Origin: Verrucomicrobiota bacterium
GTDB lineage: Bacteria > Verrucomicrobiota > Verrucomicrobiia > Limisphaerales > AAA164-E04
Direction of reading: 5' to 3'
DNA length: 64,000 nt
Assembly: GCA_047947115.1 (NCBI GenBank)
Contig: CP170459.1
Location: 1,664,001 to 1,728,000, forward strand
Below the pieces are notes generated by a model. It ran no database searches. It had not been told where the DNA came from and saw only the letters and a list, made by a program, of their open reading frames with translations. Shown piece after piece: positions 51,361-60,853 of the stretch (the stretch's first letter is position 1; each line of letters starts with the position of its first letter). The position numbers and the translations under genes were made by a program.

Positions 51361-51434
51361 CAGCCTGAAGGGCTGGCTGTGTATGAAGGCAATTGCAACT
51401 TGCTCAGCGGCACACGTTCGTCCATCATCCGCTC

Positions 51435-51550
51435 ATGCTCAGAACCACCATTGCCCATTACAAAATCACCGGCAAGCTCGGGCAAGGCGGCATGGGAGAA
51501 GTGTGTCGGCCGACGAACGGCAAAATGGACCACTTGGCGGCGATCAAAGT
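51435..51550 (+). pseudogene. N-terminal fragment of a Hanks-type Ser/Thr kinase
   Basis: TIAHYKITGKLGQGGMGEV Gly-rich loop and AIKV; rest of domain absent. Confidence 0.75.
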
Positions 51551-51721
51551 AGTGGCTACGGTGGCTGTAAAAGGCAGGAGCGCCCCTCTCAAAATGGAAG
51601 TGCTGATAGGGGAATTCCTTTCACAGAACAAGAATAGGCGGGTCCTACATTTTTTTCAATTAAGGGAAAAAGTGCTTCGAAGTTGTGCCTTTTCATTTGA
51701 GTTCCAAAAAGAAGCTTTTTG

Positions 51722-52372
51722 ATGATGCCAAAACGAAAATTGACAATAATGGTGTCTTCGACGGTTTATGGTATCGAAGAGTTGCTTGAACGTGTTTATG
51801 CGCTACTTACATCTTTCGGATACGAGGTTTGGATGTCGCATAAAGGCACAGTCCCGGTAATTTCGCCCATGACCGCTTTTGAGAACTGCCTCCGTGCAGT
51901 GGAAAAATGTGATCTGTTTCTTGGAATTATCACTCCTTCTTACGGGAGCGGTGAAGATCCACGTGATTCAACGGGTATGTCTATCACTCATCATGAAATC
52001 CGGAAGGCTATTGAGCTGGATAAGCCTCGCTGGCTATTGGCTCATGATCACGTTGTATTTGCCCGTACTTTACTCAAAAATCTTGGGTTTGGAGGTAAAA
52101 GCGGAAGAAAAAAACTGAAACTCAACAAGAATCAAGTTTTTACTGATCTGCGCATTTTGGATCTGTATGAAGATGCCACGATTGATCATGAAGAGCCTGC
52201 GTCCATTCCTTTGGCAGATCGGCGAGGCAATTGGGTCCAGAAATATCATTCCGATAACGATGGAGCCGTTTTTGTCATTGCGCAGTTTTTTCGTTACCAG
52301 GAAGTGGAGGAATTTATTCGAGAGCATTTCCAGAACGGCAACCCTCCTACATTAAACGGGGGTAGCAAATGA
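51722..52372 (+). CDS. DUF4062-domain protein (TIR/NDT-like fold)
   Basis: IMVSST, NCLRAVEKCDLFLGII..SYGS, SITHHEIRKA. Confidence 0.85.
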   Translation: MMPKRKLTIMVSSTVYGIEELLERVYALLTSFGYEVWMSHKGTVPVISPMTAFENCLRAVEKCDLFLGIITPSYGSGEDPRDSTGMSITHHEIRKAIELDKPRWLLAHDHVVFARTLLKNLGFGGKSGRKKLKLNKNQVFTDLRILDLYEDATIDHEEPASIPLADRRGNWVQKYHSDNDGAVFVIAQFFRYQEVEEFIREHFQNGNPPTLNGGSK

Positions 52373-53811
52373 CTCAAAAACAAATCAGGGAACTGTTATT
52401 TCTCGGCGAAGGCCAACGTATAGAGTTCAAATCTTCCCCTCGAAACCCGGACGCGCTTGGCAAGACGGTGTGCGGTTTTTTGAACAGCTCCGGTGGCTTT
52501 TTGGTTTGCGGAGTCAGTGACAAGGGTGATTTGAAAGGCGTCGATACCTCTTCTGACGCCATCGGCCGACTTGAACATATTCTCAACGAGAAAATATCTC
52601 CGAAATCTTTGATCGCTGTCCAAGTGGAGCAAGTGGGGAAGTTTCCGGTAATCGTCATCGAAGTGCCGGCGGGAAATGATGTTCCTTATGCTTTTAAGGA
52701 TGTCATTTACATACGGTCCGGTGACCGGACCCAAAAAGCGGATGCGGAGACTATTCGCGATATAGTCCTGCGCCGCCAGATAGAGCCGGAACGGTGGGAA
52801 CGTCGTTTCTCCTTTGCCGATCTAGATGATGATGTAGATGAGGTTGAGGTGCTCGCAGCGGTATCCGACGCCGAAAAGGTGCGGCGGGCTTTTTTCCGTG
52901 ATGGAACCCAGTTATTGATGGTTCTCGAGGATTTTTCGGTCGCCCGTTACGGCCGTTTGACCAATGGTGGTGATGTTCTTTTTGCCAAGAATTCGGCGAT
53001 CCGTCTTCCGCAAATTCGCATCCGCGCCATGTGCTACAGTTCGGATAAAACAAGCGCTGAATTCAGAGATATGAAATCGTTTGAGGGTCCAGTCTGTCGC
53101 ATTTTTGAGGAAGCCTATTCCTTCATTGTTCGTAATACGCCTACGATTTCGCGATTCATCCCGGGCAGTCCCAAACGCCAAGATGCCTCTATATACCCGG
53201 AGGAAGCGGTCAGAGAAGCTCTGGTTAACGCGCTAGCACACCGTGATTACAGCGTCGCATCTGGTGGAATTGGCATCCACATATATCCTCGTCGGCTTGA
53301 GATTTGGAACTCTGGCGCCTTGCCTGCGGGTGTTACGGTGCCCAGCCTGCAGGCTGGGCAGATCTCCGTTCTGCGAAATCCTGATATTGCCCATGTGCTT
53401 TATTTGCGGGGACTCATGGAGAAGGCCGGTCGTGGCAGCGTGCTCATGGTTCGTAAATGCTTGGAAAACAAGATGCCTCCCCCGGTATGGAAATCAGATT
53501 CTCAGCTGGGAGTAACTGTAACATTCTTTACCCCGGAAGTCACCCCGGAAGTCACCCCGGAAGTCACCCCGGAAGTCACCCCGGAAGTTTTTAGGTTATT
53601 GCGGTGCATTCAGGGGGAAATGACTCGGCAGGCGTTGCAAGCGGAGATGAATCTCAAGGATGCAGAGCATTTCCGAAAGTCATTTCTATTGCCAGCGTTA
53701 GAATCGGGAGTTGTAGAAATGACAATCCCCCAAAAACCAAGAAGCAGCAAACAACGTTATCGACTTACTGCTAACGGCAAGCTGCTGACAAAGCGGCCAA
53801 AAGAAGAATGA
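52369..53811 (+). CDS. Schlafen/AlbA_2 + RecG-C-like (HATPase_c_4) + C-terminal HTH protein
   Basis: GEGQRIEFKS, CGFLNSSGG..VCGVSD; YPEEAVREALVNALAHRDY, RNPDIA, EKAGRG; PRSSKQRYRLT. Confidence 0.9.
   Translation: MTQKQIRELLFLGEGQRIEFKSSPRNPDALGKTVCGFLNSSGGFLVCGVSDKGDLKGVDTSSDAIGRLEHILNEKISPKSLIAVQVEQVGKFPVIVIEVPAGNDVPYAFKDVIYIRSGDRTQKADAETIRDIVLRRQIEPERWERRFSFADLDDDVDEVEVLAAVSDAEKVRRAFFRDGTQLLMVLEDFSVARYGRLTNGGDVLFAKNSAIRLPQIRIRAMCYSSDKTSAEFRDMKSFEGPVCRIFEEAYSFIVRNTPTISRFIPGSPKRQDASIYPEEAVREALVNALAHRDYSVASGGIGIHIYPRRLEIWNSGALPAGVTVPSLQAGQISVLRNPDIAHVLYLRGLMEKAGRGSVLMVRKCLENKMPPPVWKSDSQLGVTVTFFTPEVTPEVTPEVTPEVTPEVFRLLRCIQGEMTRQALQAEMNLKDAEHFRKSFLLPALESGVVEMTIPQKPRSSKQRYRLTANGKLLTKRPKEE
53530..53589 (+). 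repeat. 5 x 12-bp coding tandem repeat (TPEV)5
   Basis: ACCCCGGAAGTC x4 + ACCCCGGAAGTT. Confidence 0.95.
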
Positions 53812-54116
53812 GAGCGCCATTCAATGGCCGCAGTTTGACGGTGAGTCTCCTGTTGCTAGTGGCAGGGGTGGGTGTCTGGATTCCATGGATAAAATATGGA
53901 TACTCACCTACTATGATTCACTTTGTTGGCATGCTGACCACTGGCTGCATCTATTTTGCTTTTTGGACTGTTGGTTTAGTAAGTCTGATTCGTGATTCTG
54001 ATCGTGGATATGTGGGCTGGAAGTTGCAGATTGCAAGCGTTGTTTACCTGTTAGCATTCATCGTTCCGGCTGGCATGATCATCATCATAGTGAGGGCAAT
54101 GTTGATGGGCATTTGA
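53808..54116 (+). CDS. Small ~3-TM membrane protein
   Basis: Three hydrophobic segments; ATGA overlap with upstream gene. Confidence 0.7.
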   Translation: MRAPFNGRSLTVSLLLLVAGVGVWIPWIKYGYSPTMIHFVGMLTTGCIYFAFWTVGLVSLIRDSDRGYVGWKLQIASVVYLLAFIVPAGMIIIIVRAMLMGI

Positions 54117-54280
54117 CCGTATTTGAGGTTCAAAAATTTGGCATTTATTTGGTTTCCTTGCCTGGAACTTCACTGGATTGCCCGGTATTGCAGATTCCAG
54201 AAGCATGGCTAATCCGTCACCTTAAACGCATCTAACAACCTGGTAAAAAGTGGGATAAATAGGCGAAAAACGGGAGGATT

Positions 54281-54327
54281 TGGTGGAGCCATGGTGAGTC
54301 GAACCCCAGACCTTCTCATTACGAATG
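54281..54327 (-). pseudogene. Degenerate 3' half of a tRNA (Ala-type acceptor); probable att relic
   Basis: Minus strand CATTCGTAATGAGAAGGTCTGGGGTTCGACTCACCATGGCTCCACCA; no D-arm or 5' acceptor strand. Confidence 0.75.
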
Positions 54328-54487
54328 GGAAGGCATTGAGGAGGAGTGTGATTTTTGATATCTTCCTGTGCAGGCCGGACTTTGATAGTGGGTCTGGTTT
54401 CCTGCAGCCGGAATTACAGGAACGTGTGAGCACTGGATACTCATAGCTTTTCGTGACAAGCAAGAAGGTCTCTGCTAGGAGTTTGGT

Positions 54488-57175
54488 GTGAATCAGATGA
54501 TGAACATTCAAATCCTCCCCTTGAGTGTGGCGCTCTTTATGGGGACGGTATGTTTTATTGCTGCCGAGGATAATGATCGTTTTGATCAACTCAAGTTGGA
54601 GGGAGCTCGGCGTTCAACGTTGGTGGATCAAAGCTTCAAATTGGAAGGGGATCTGGTTCCGAAACCTCAGTTAGATGCCTTTCGAGACGACATACTTCCG
54701 GTTCTGAATCAACATTGCGTTCCTTGTCATGGTCCCGACAAATCCAAGGGGCGGTTTCGAATCGATACTTTGGATCCGAATCTTCTGGAAGGGAATGATG
54801 TGGATTGGTGGCTGGATGTTCAGGCTGCATTGGCGAATGGTGAAATGCCGCCTCCCGAAGAGTCCGAATTGTCAGGGGAGGATCGAGGGAAGGTCATGGA
54901 ATGGTTTGCCAATGAAATCAGGACAGCTTCAGTCGTCCGAAGGGCCACCGGGGGCCATTCGTCATTTCGGCGCATGACGCGTTATGAATACAATTACGCC
55001 CTGCAGGATCTGCTGGGGTTGCCTTGGGAGTTTGCCAGGGATCTGCCGCCTGAGGCTCATTCTGAGGATGGATTCCAAAACAGTTCGGACATCCTTCATG
55101 TGTCCGTTGTTCAATTGGAAGCGTATCGACGACTGGCGAGGGAGGCTCTGATGCGCGCCACGGTTCATGGTTCGCAACCATCCGCACTTTACTGGGGTGT
55201 CTCCATGAAGGAGGCCAGTCGTGAGAAATGGGAGGAACAGGAAGCGAAACTCGAGAAGGTGCGATCTGATTTCAAGGATAATCCTGAACAGTTGAAGCTG
55301 GAGACCGAAAAACTGCTTAACGAATTCAAACGCCCTCATTGGGGTGCCTACTACAAAGATTTGACAACGGGTCGGATTGCACAGCATTCCTGGAATTATG
55401 GCGGAGCAAAATATGCGATTAAACCCTCGGATACGCGTGCAGATTTTCCCGATTCCTTTGAACACGTCGCGATTCTTCCTCCCGGGGTAAACCGAAGTCA
55501 AAAGTTGGTGGTGGAGTTGGGGAATCTATTGCCCGATGAAGGGATGATGCGTGTTCGGGTGCGGGCTTCGAGATCACCGAAGGACTTGAAGCGTGATCCG
55601 AGCATGCAGCTTGAATTCGGATGGCAGGCCAGCAATGAAGGGCGTGCGCTGATGAAGGTGAGTGAAGAGGACATTCTGGTGACCGCTTCACCGGAATCCC
55701 CTCAGATCTATCAATGGGACATTCCTCTCGGTGATATCTATCCGCGTAATTCAGTGCGCAAAACCTCGCCCATGGGTTCAATGCCCAGCCCCTCCGAGCA
55801 CATTCGTCTGGTCAATAGTTCGGTTTCAGAGGGGGAAATTCAATTGGATTATGTGGAGGTGATCGCCCCTGTTTACGATGAATGGCCACCCGCGTCGCAC
55901 AAACGCATTTTTTTCGATAGCCCGAACCGGGAAGATGAACCGGTGTATGCGAAAGAAATCCTGACCGCATTCATCCCGCGCGCCTGGCGTCGTCCTGTCA
56001 GTGGGGATGAGTTGGATCGTAAGCTACGGTTGTTCCACTCCATGCGGGATACATGTGAGACATTCGAGGAAGCGATGGTCGAAGTGTTGGCGACGGTTTT
56101 GGCTTCGCCCCATTTTCTGTATGTCGCCCGGGAGGAGGAGAGCGGGTTTGCCGATCAATCATCAGGTGTTCAGCCTTTGACCGACCATGAATTGGCCACT
56201 CGTTTGTCTTTGTTTTTATGGTGCAGTGTGCCCGATGAACGCTTGCTGAATCTGGCGGATCGCGGTGTGTTGCACCAACCTGAAATGTTGACCGGGGAGG
56301 TGCAACGGATGTTGAAGGATCCGCGTTCAAACCGCTTTGCCAAACATTTCGTGCGGCAGTGGCTCGATATGCAGCTGTTGGATTTTGTGAACCCCAAAAA
56401 TGGGATGGGAGACGAACTGAAGGAAGCCATGCATCAGGAACCGATTCTCTTTTTCCAGGAAGTGTTAAAGGGGAATGAGTCGATACTTCAATTCATTCAT
56501 GCCGACTATACCATGGTTAATGAGCGACTCGCTGGTCACTATGGATTGGTTGGTGTTTACGGGAATCATTTTCGACGTGTCGCGCTTGAACCTGCTCATC
56601 GGCGTGGCGGCTTGATGACTCAGGCTGGATTGCTGGCAATGAATGCAAGTGGCATGGATTCCAATCCTCTCAAGCGTGGGATTTGGATGTTGGAAAGCCT
56701 TCTCAATGATCCTCCGCCTCCGCCACCTCCGGCGGTTCCCCAGATTGATCTGGCGGATCCCGAAATTGCGAAGATGACCTTGAAGGAACGCATTGCGGAT
56801 CATCGTAACCATCCTGCCTGTATGTCCTGTCATTCGAAGATTGATCCCTGGGGAATTGCGTTCGAAAACTTTGATGCACTCGGTAAATGGCGTGAAGAAA
56901 TCAACGGGAAGCCCGTTGACGCCACCAGTCGTCTGTTCAATAATGAACGCTTGGATGGCATGGACGGGTTGAAACGCTTTTTGTTGGAACGCCGCCAAGA
57001 TCAGTTTGTACTCGCGGTGACGCACAAGATGTGTGTTTACGCGTTGGGACGTCCGCTGAGTTTCTCCGATCATTCCAGCGTGCAGGAGATAGCCTCCAAG
57101 GTGCGCCGGAAAGGGGATGGGTTGGCCACGCTGGTGCAGCAAGTGGTTGTGAGTTCTTTATTCTTATCAAAATGA
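54488..57175 (+). CDS. Planctomycete-type cytochrome c + DUF1587/1592/1588/1585 (PSD) protein
   Basis: CVPCH..MPP, RRMTRYEYNY, LASPHFLY, ELATRLS.FLW, RGGLM, CMSCH.KIDP.G, YALGR. Confidence 0.92.
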   Translation: MNQMMNIQILPLSVALFMGTVCFIAAEDNDRFDQLKLEGARRSTLVDQSFKLEGDLVPKPQLDAFRDDILPVLNQHCVPCHGPDKSKGRFRIDTLDPNLLEGNDVDWWLDVQAALANGEMPPPEESELSGEDRGKVMEWFANEIRTASVVRRATGGHSSFRRMTRYEYNYALQDLLGLPWEFARDLPPEAHSEDGFQNSSDILHVSVVQLEAYRRLAREALMRATVHGSQPSALYWGVSMKEASREKWEEQEAKLEKVRSDFKDNPEQLKLETEKLLNEFKRPHWGAYYKDLTTGRIAQHSWNYGGAKYAIKPSDTRADFPDSFEHVAILPPGVNRSQKLVVELGNLLPDEGMMRVRVRASRSPKDLKRDPSMQLEFGWQASNEGRALMKVSEEDILVTASPESPQIYQWDIPLGDIYPRNSVRKTSPMGSMPSPSEHIRLVNSSVSEGEIQLDYVEVIAPVYDEWPPASHKRIFFDSPNREDEPVYAKEILTAFIPRAWRRPVSGDELDRKLRLFHSMRDTCETFEEAMVEVLATVLASPHFLYVAREEESGFADQSSGVQPLTDHELATRLSLFLWCSVPDERLLNLADRGVLHQPEMLTGEVQRMLKDPRSNRFAKHFVRQWLDMQLLDFVNPKNGMGDELKEAMHQEPILFFQEVLKGNESILQFIHADYTMVNERLAGHYGLVGVYGNHFRRVALEPAHRRGGLMTQAGLLAMNASGMDSNPLKRGIWMLESLLNDPPPPPPPAVPQIDLADPEIAKMTLKERIADHRNHPACMSCHSKIDPWGIAFENFDALGKWREEINGKPVDATSRLFNNERLDGMDGLKRFLLERRQDQFVLAVTHKMCVYALGRPLSFSDHSSVQEIASKVRRKGDGLATLVQQVVVSSLFLSK

Positions 57176-58590
57176 AACCGATGCAATACTTGAGTCTGAA
57201 ATCCCTGGACCGTCGACGTTTCCTTCGTGGAACGAGCTGGGCCCTGGCGCTGCCGTTTTTCGAATCCTTCGCCGGTTCATTGGCCAAAGGTGAAGGCACA
57301 GGGAATAAGCCCAGGCGCCTGGGATGTTTTTACTTCCCGGACGGAGTCCCCATGCCGCTGCCGGAAGATCCCGCCTATCAGGATTGGGCATGGTTTCCGC
57401 ACGGCAATGGGAGCGATTTTACCTTCACCAAATGCATGGAACCGCTTCAGTCCTTGCGGTCCGAATTGACGGTGATATCCGGCTTGTCACATCCCGCCGG
57501 TCGCAACGTGCATGGACACAACAATGCGGATCAATTCCTGACCGCCGCGGCCACCGGGACAGGGGACATGGATTATCAAAACACCATTTCTCTGGATCAA
57601 TTCTATGCAGACCATGTCGGTGATCAGACGCGGTTTGCTTCTCTGGTGATGTCCACCGATGGGGGGACTGGGACGGCTCGAGGGGCTCATACGATTTCGT
57701 TCAATCGGCAGGGGCGCGCCGTGCCGGCCGAGAATCGTCCCAAGCGTATTTTTGACATGCTGTTTGTCAAAGATGACACCGACGCAGCACGACGACTCGC
57801 CTTAAGTCAAAACGCGTTGGACGACCTGCTGGAGGACGCCCGTCAACTGCGCAGAAAGCTTTCGAAGCATGATCAGGGTAGTCTGGATGAATACCTGCAG
57901 TCTGTTCGTGAAGCTGAACTCAGAGTTCAAAAGGCAAAACAGTGGATCAACACGCCGCTTCCAACGGTCAATGTGGATCACATGAATCTGGAGATCTCAC
58001 CGGATCAGCCGCGTGAATATTTGCAGACCATGTTCGAACTGATCTTCCTGGCATTCAAAACGGATTCCACCCGTGTGGCGACGTATCAGATCGGGCGTGA
58101 GAACGGGGTGGGCATCAGTGATCATCTATCCCGTGCCATAGGTTTTCCGGCAGCGCACCAATTGTCGCATGAGACCAAGCAACCGGATGGATGGAAGAAT
58201 TTTGGAACCTATTGTCGTTTCCTGCATGAATTGTATGGACAGTTCATTACACGACTTCAACAAACCGCCGAGCCTGCCGGAGAAGGATCGATGCTGGACA
58301 ATACCCTGTTGCTTTTTGGATCCGCCTCCAGCGCGTTTCATTTGTCGCGCAACTATCCATTGATTCTGGCCGGCGGACGCAACATGGGCTTGGAACATGG
58401 GCGCTATCTCAACCACGCCGGTGCCGAAGCTTACCGTGGCGGTTGGAAACCGGGAGATCCTGAGCCCTGGACAAAGAAAGCAACTCAGGAGGATCGGCCA
58501 CTATCCAATCTATTCGTTTCCATGCTGCAGCGTCTAGGTGTCGAGTCGGATTCGTTTGCTGACAGCACCGGTAAACTGGATGCGGTTTGA
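57172..58590 (+). CDS. DUF1552 protein (Tat signal)
   Basis: RRRFLRG..LALPF.ES, ISLDQ, LDEYL.SVRE.E, SMLDNT..LFGS, LAGG; ATGA overlap. Confidence 0.92.
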   Translation: MKPMQYLSLKSLDRRRFLRGTSWALALPFFESFAGSLAKGEGTGNKPRRLGCFYFPDGVPMPLPEDPAYQDWAWFPHGNGSDFTFTKCMEPLQSLRSELTVISGLSHPAGRNVHGHNNADQFLTAAATGTGDMDYQNTISLDQFYADHVGDQTRFASLVMSTDGGTGTARGAHTISFNRQGRAVPAENRPKRIFDMLFVKDDTDAARRLALSQNALDDLLEDARQLRRKLSKHDQGSLDEYLQSVREAELRVQKAKQWINTPLPTVNVDHMNLEISPDQPREYLQTMFELIFLAFKTDSTRVATYQIGRENGVGISDHLSRAIGFPAAHQLSHETKQPDGWKNFGTYCRFLHELYGQFITRLQQTAEPAGEGSMLDNTLLLFGSASSAFHLSRNYPLILAGGRNMGLEHGRYLNHAGAEAYRGGWKPGDPEPWTKKATQEDRPLSNLFVSMLQRLGVESDSFADSTGKLDAV

Positions 58591-58615
58591 GGGACGCCAA
58601 ATTTAGGAGTATTCA

Positions 58616-59683
58616 ATGGTGAGTACAAGTTTTTGTCAGCCACGGAAATCGGCCAACAAATCGCTTAACCGTATCCATTATGGGATCGTGCTGGTGGTAG
58701 TATGCTTTCTGCTGTCGGATTCGCGTGTGAGTGCCCAGCGGGGATCAAATCAAATCGGCGGCGTCCCATGTGAACACGTGCTCGCTCAAATGGGGGCAAA
58801 GATGGAATCGGGGCTTCAATACCTTGATCATTTGGACTATATACGGCATTTCGATCGAGTTGACACGAACCACGACGGGCGTCATTCACCAAAGGAGTAT
58901 ATCGACAACGGATTCCACATGAATGCCATGGCTCGTCGCGGCATTTTCAATGCCGCCGATGAAGACCGGGATGGATTCGTGTCCAGGGATGAATATGTGT
59001 TGAATCGCGTGATTACCGACGAGGCCAAGAGGATTGTTCAAGCCATGGATGAAGATCGGGACGGATTCATCAGTCAAAACGAATTCCTTTCACGTACCGA
59101 TTCGGTGTTGGGCGAGAGTTTGGCGAAGGAAGTATTCGATGCTTTCGACCTGAATGAAAATGGTTCCTTGATGATTCCCGAGTATTTGAGGGTGTGGGGC
59201 TTTTGGGCGCGCTCGGGAAAACCATCTGCCAAGCAACGATTGGGCGCATTGCGCGAAGCGGAACTGGATGACTATTGGGCCGAGGTTTCAAGATCGGTAA
59301 AAGAGGGCGATTTCGAGGGGTATGCCGCGACATGTCATCCCGAGGGTGTGTTGGTCTCTGGCAGTTCCCAATCCAGCTATCCATTGAGCCGAGCCTTGGC
59401 ACGGTGGAAACAAGGAATTCTGGACACCAAGTCAGGTAAGATGAAAGCGTCCGTTGAGTTCCGGTTCAGCCATCGTGTTGGGGATGTGACCACGGCTCAC
59501 GAGACCGGGATTTTTCGATATGCATCCGAAGTCGACGGGGCAAAGTCGGTGGCCTTTATTCACTTTGAAGCCTTGTTGACGAGGGGGCAGGATCGCTGGT
59601 TGATCTTGATGGAGAATCAGAAGGCCCCAGCTTCTGAAGATGACTGGAAGGCGCTGGGACCCTTTGATCAAGCCGAACGTTGA
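58616..59683 (+). CDS. EF-hand protein fused to NTF2/SnoaL-like domain
   Basis: DTNHDG, DEDRDGFVS, DEDRDGFIS, DLNENG loops; C-terminal GDFEGYAA..HP...AHETG. Confidence 0.85.
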   Translation: MVSTSFCQPRKSANKSLNRIHYGIVLVVVCFLLSDSRVSAQRGSNQIGGVPCEHVLAQMGAKMESGLQYLDHLDYIRHFDRVDTNHDGRHSPKEYIDNGFHMNAMARRGIFNAADEDRDGFVSRDEYVLNRVITDEAKRIVQAMDEDRDGFISQNEFLSRTDSVLGESLAKEVFDAFDLNENGSLMIPEYLRVWGFWARSGKPSAKQRLGALREAELDDYWAEVSRSVKEGDFEGYAATCHPEGVLVSGSSQSSYPLSRALARWKQGILDTKSGKMKASVEFRFSHRVGDVTTAHETGIFRYASEVDGAKSVAFIHFEALLTRGQDRWLILMENQKAPASEDDWKALGPFDQAER

Positions 59684-59723
59684 ACATGACTCCTCATAAA
59701 ACTGCCAAGCTTTTGTCCTTTCA

Positions 59724-60497
59724 ATGATTTTCGAGTTTTTCAAACGGCGTCGCAGGAGGAAAATCCTTTCCAAGCCCTTCCCTGAATCTCAGCTCAAGAT
59801 TTTGGAAGGTCAGTTTCCGTTGTATCAAAAGCTGCCCGCCGACGCCCAGACCAGGTTGAAGGATTTGGTTCAGGTATTTCTTGCTGAAAAAAATTTTGAA
59901 GGATGCCGTGGGTTTGAGCTTTCGGAGGAAGTTCCGGTTCTGATTGCTGCGCAGGCTTGCTTGCTTTTGATTGGGAATCCTGATCGTGAGTATTCCAAGT
60001 TGAAATCCATTCTGGTTTATCCACGCTCCTATGCGGCTGCGTCGGAACAGATTTCTGAAGGAGGCATTGTGACGGTATCCAATCATGAGGTGCTCGGGCA
60101 ATCCTGGGAGCAGGGACTTGTCTCGCTTTCCTGGGAATCCACAAAGCATGGGGCTGCCAACATGCATGATGGACGTAACGTCGTGATTCATGAGTTTGCC
60201 CATCAACTGGATCAGGAGGATGGTATTGCAAATGGACTGCCGGTATTGCGTTCGCGTTGCAGGTATGCCGCCTGGAAATCAGTTCTTAGTGAGGAATACG
60301 AACGGTTACAGGATCGTGTGGAGAAGGGGCGAAAAGCCATCATGGACGTATATGGCGCAACGCATCCGGCAGAGTTCTTCGCTGTGGCTTCGGAATGCTT
60401 TTTTGAAAAATCCAAACAGCTGAAACATCATCGGCCAGAACTTTATCGGGAACTTCAAATATTCTACGGTCAAGATCCGGTGGAGTATCACAGGTAG
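59724..60497 (+). CDS. mtfA: MtfA-family (M90) zinc metallopeptidase
   Basis: IAAQACLL, ILVYP, NVVIHEFAHQLD, YGATHPAEFFAVASE.FF. Confidence 0.92.
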   Translation: MIFEFFKRRRRRKILSKPFPESQLKILEGQFPLYQKLPADAQTRLKDLVQVFLAEKNFEGCRGFELSEEVPVLIAAQACLLLIGNPDREYSKLKSILVYPRSYAAASEQISEGGIVTVSNHEVLGQSWEQGLVSLSWESTKHGAANMHDGRNVVIHEFAHQLDQEDGIANGLPVLRSRCRYAAWKSVLSEEYERLQDRVEKGRKAIMDVYGATHPAEFFAVASECFFEKSKQLKHHRPELYRELQIFYGQDPVEYHR

Positions 60498-60793
60498 ATC
60501 GGATCGTCTTGTTGTATCCCGGAGTAATTGAGATGTATTTTGACAGGATGAACAGGATTGACAGGATGGTTTTTGGGGGAAGGATCATGTGCCGAGAAGT
60601 TCGCCACTCAATAGGTAGATAGATCGTTTCGATCCCCTTCGAGGGCGCAGGACAGGGCGGTCAGTGGTTGGCCGTTTAATGGCTTCCCAAAACGGTTGGC
60701 ATATGAGGTTATGGATACCACAAGGGGGCGCGTCGAGACGACCCGCGCTACCTCACTGAAAATTCACCATTCACCATTCCAAATTCACCATTC

Positions 60794-60823
60794 AAAAAGC
60801 CCACTCGTGAGAGTGGGCTTTTT
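60794..60823. terminator. Bidirectional intrinsic terminator
   Basis: AAAAAGCCCACTC-GTGA-GAGTGGGCTTTTT between convergent genes. Confidence 0.9.
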
Positions 60824-60853
60824 GTTTTGTTGGAGATGGTTTGATTTTTTTTT

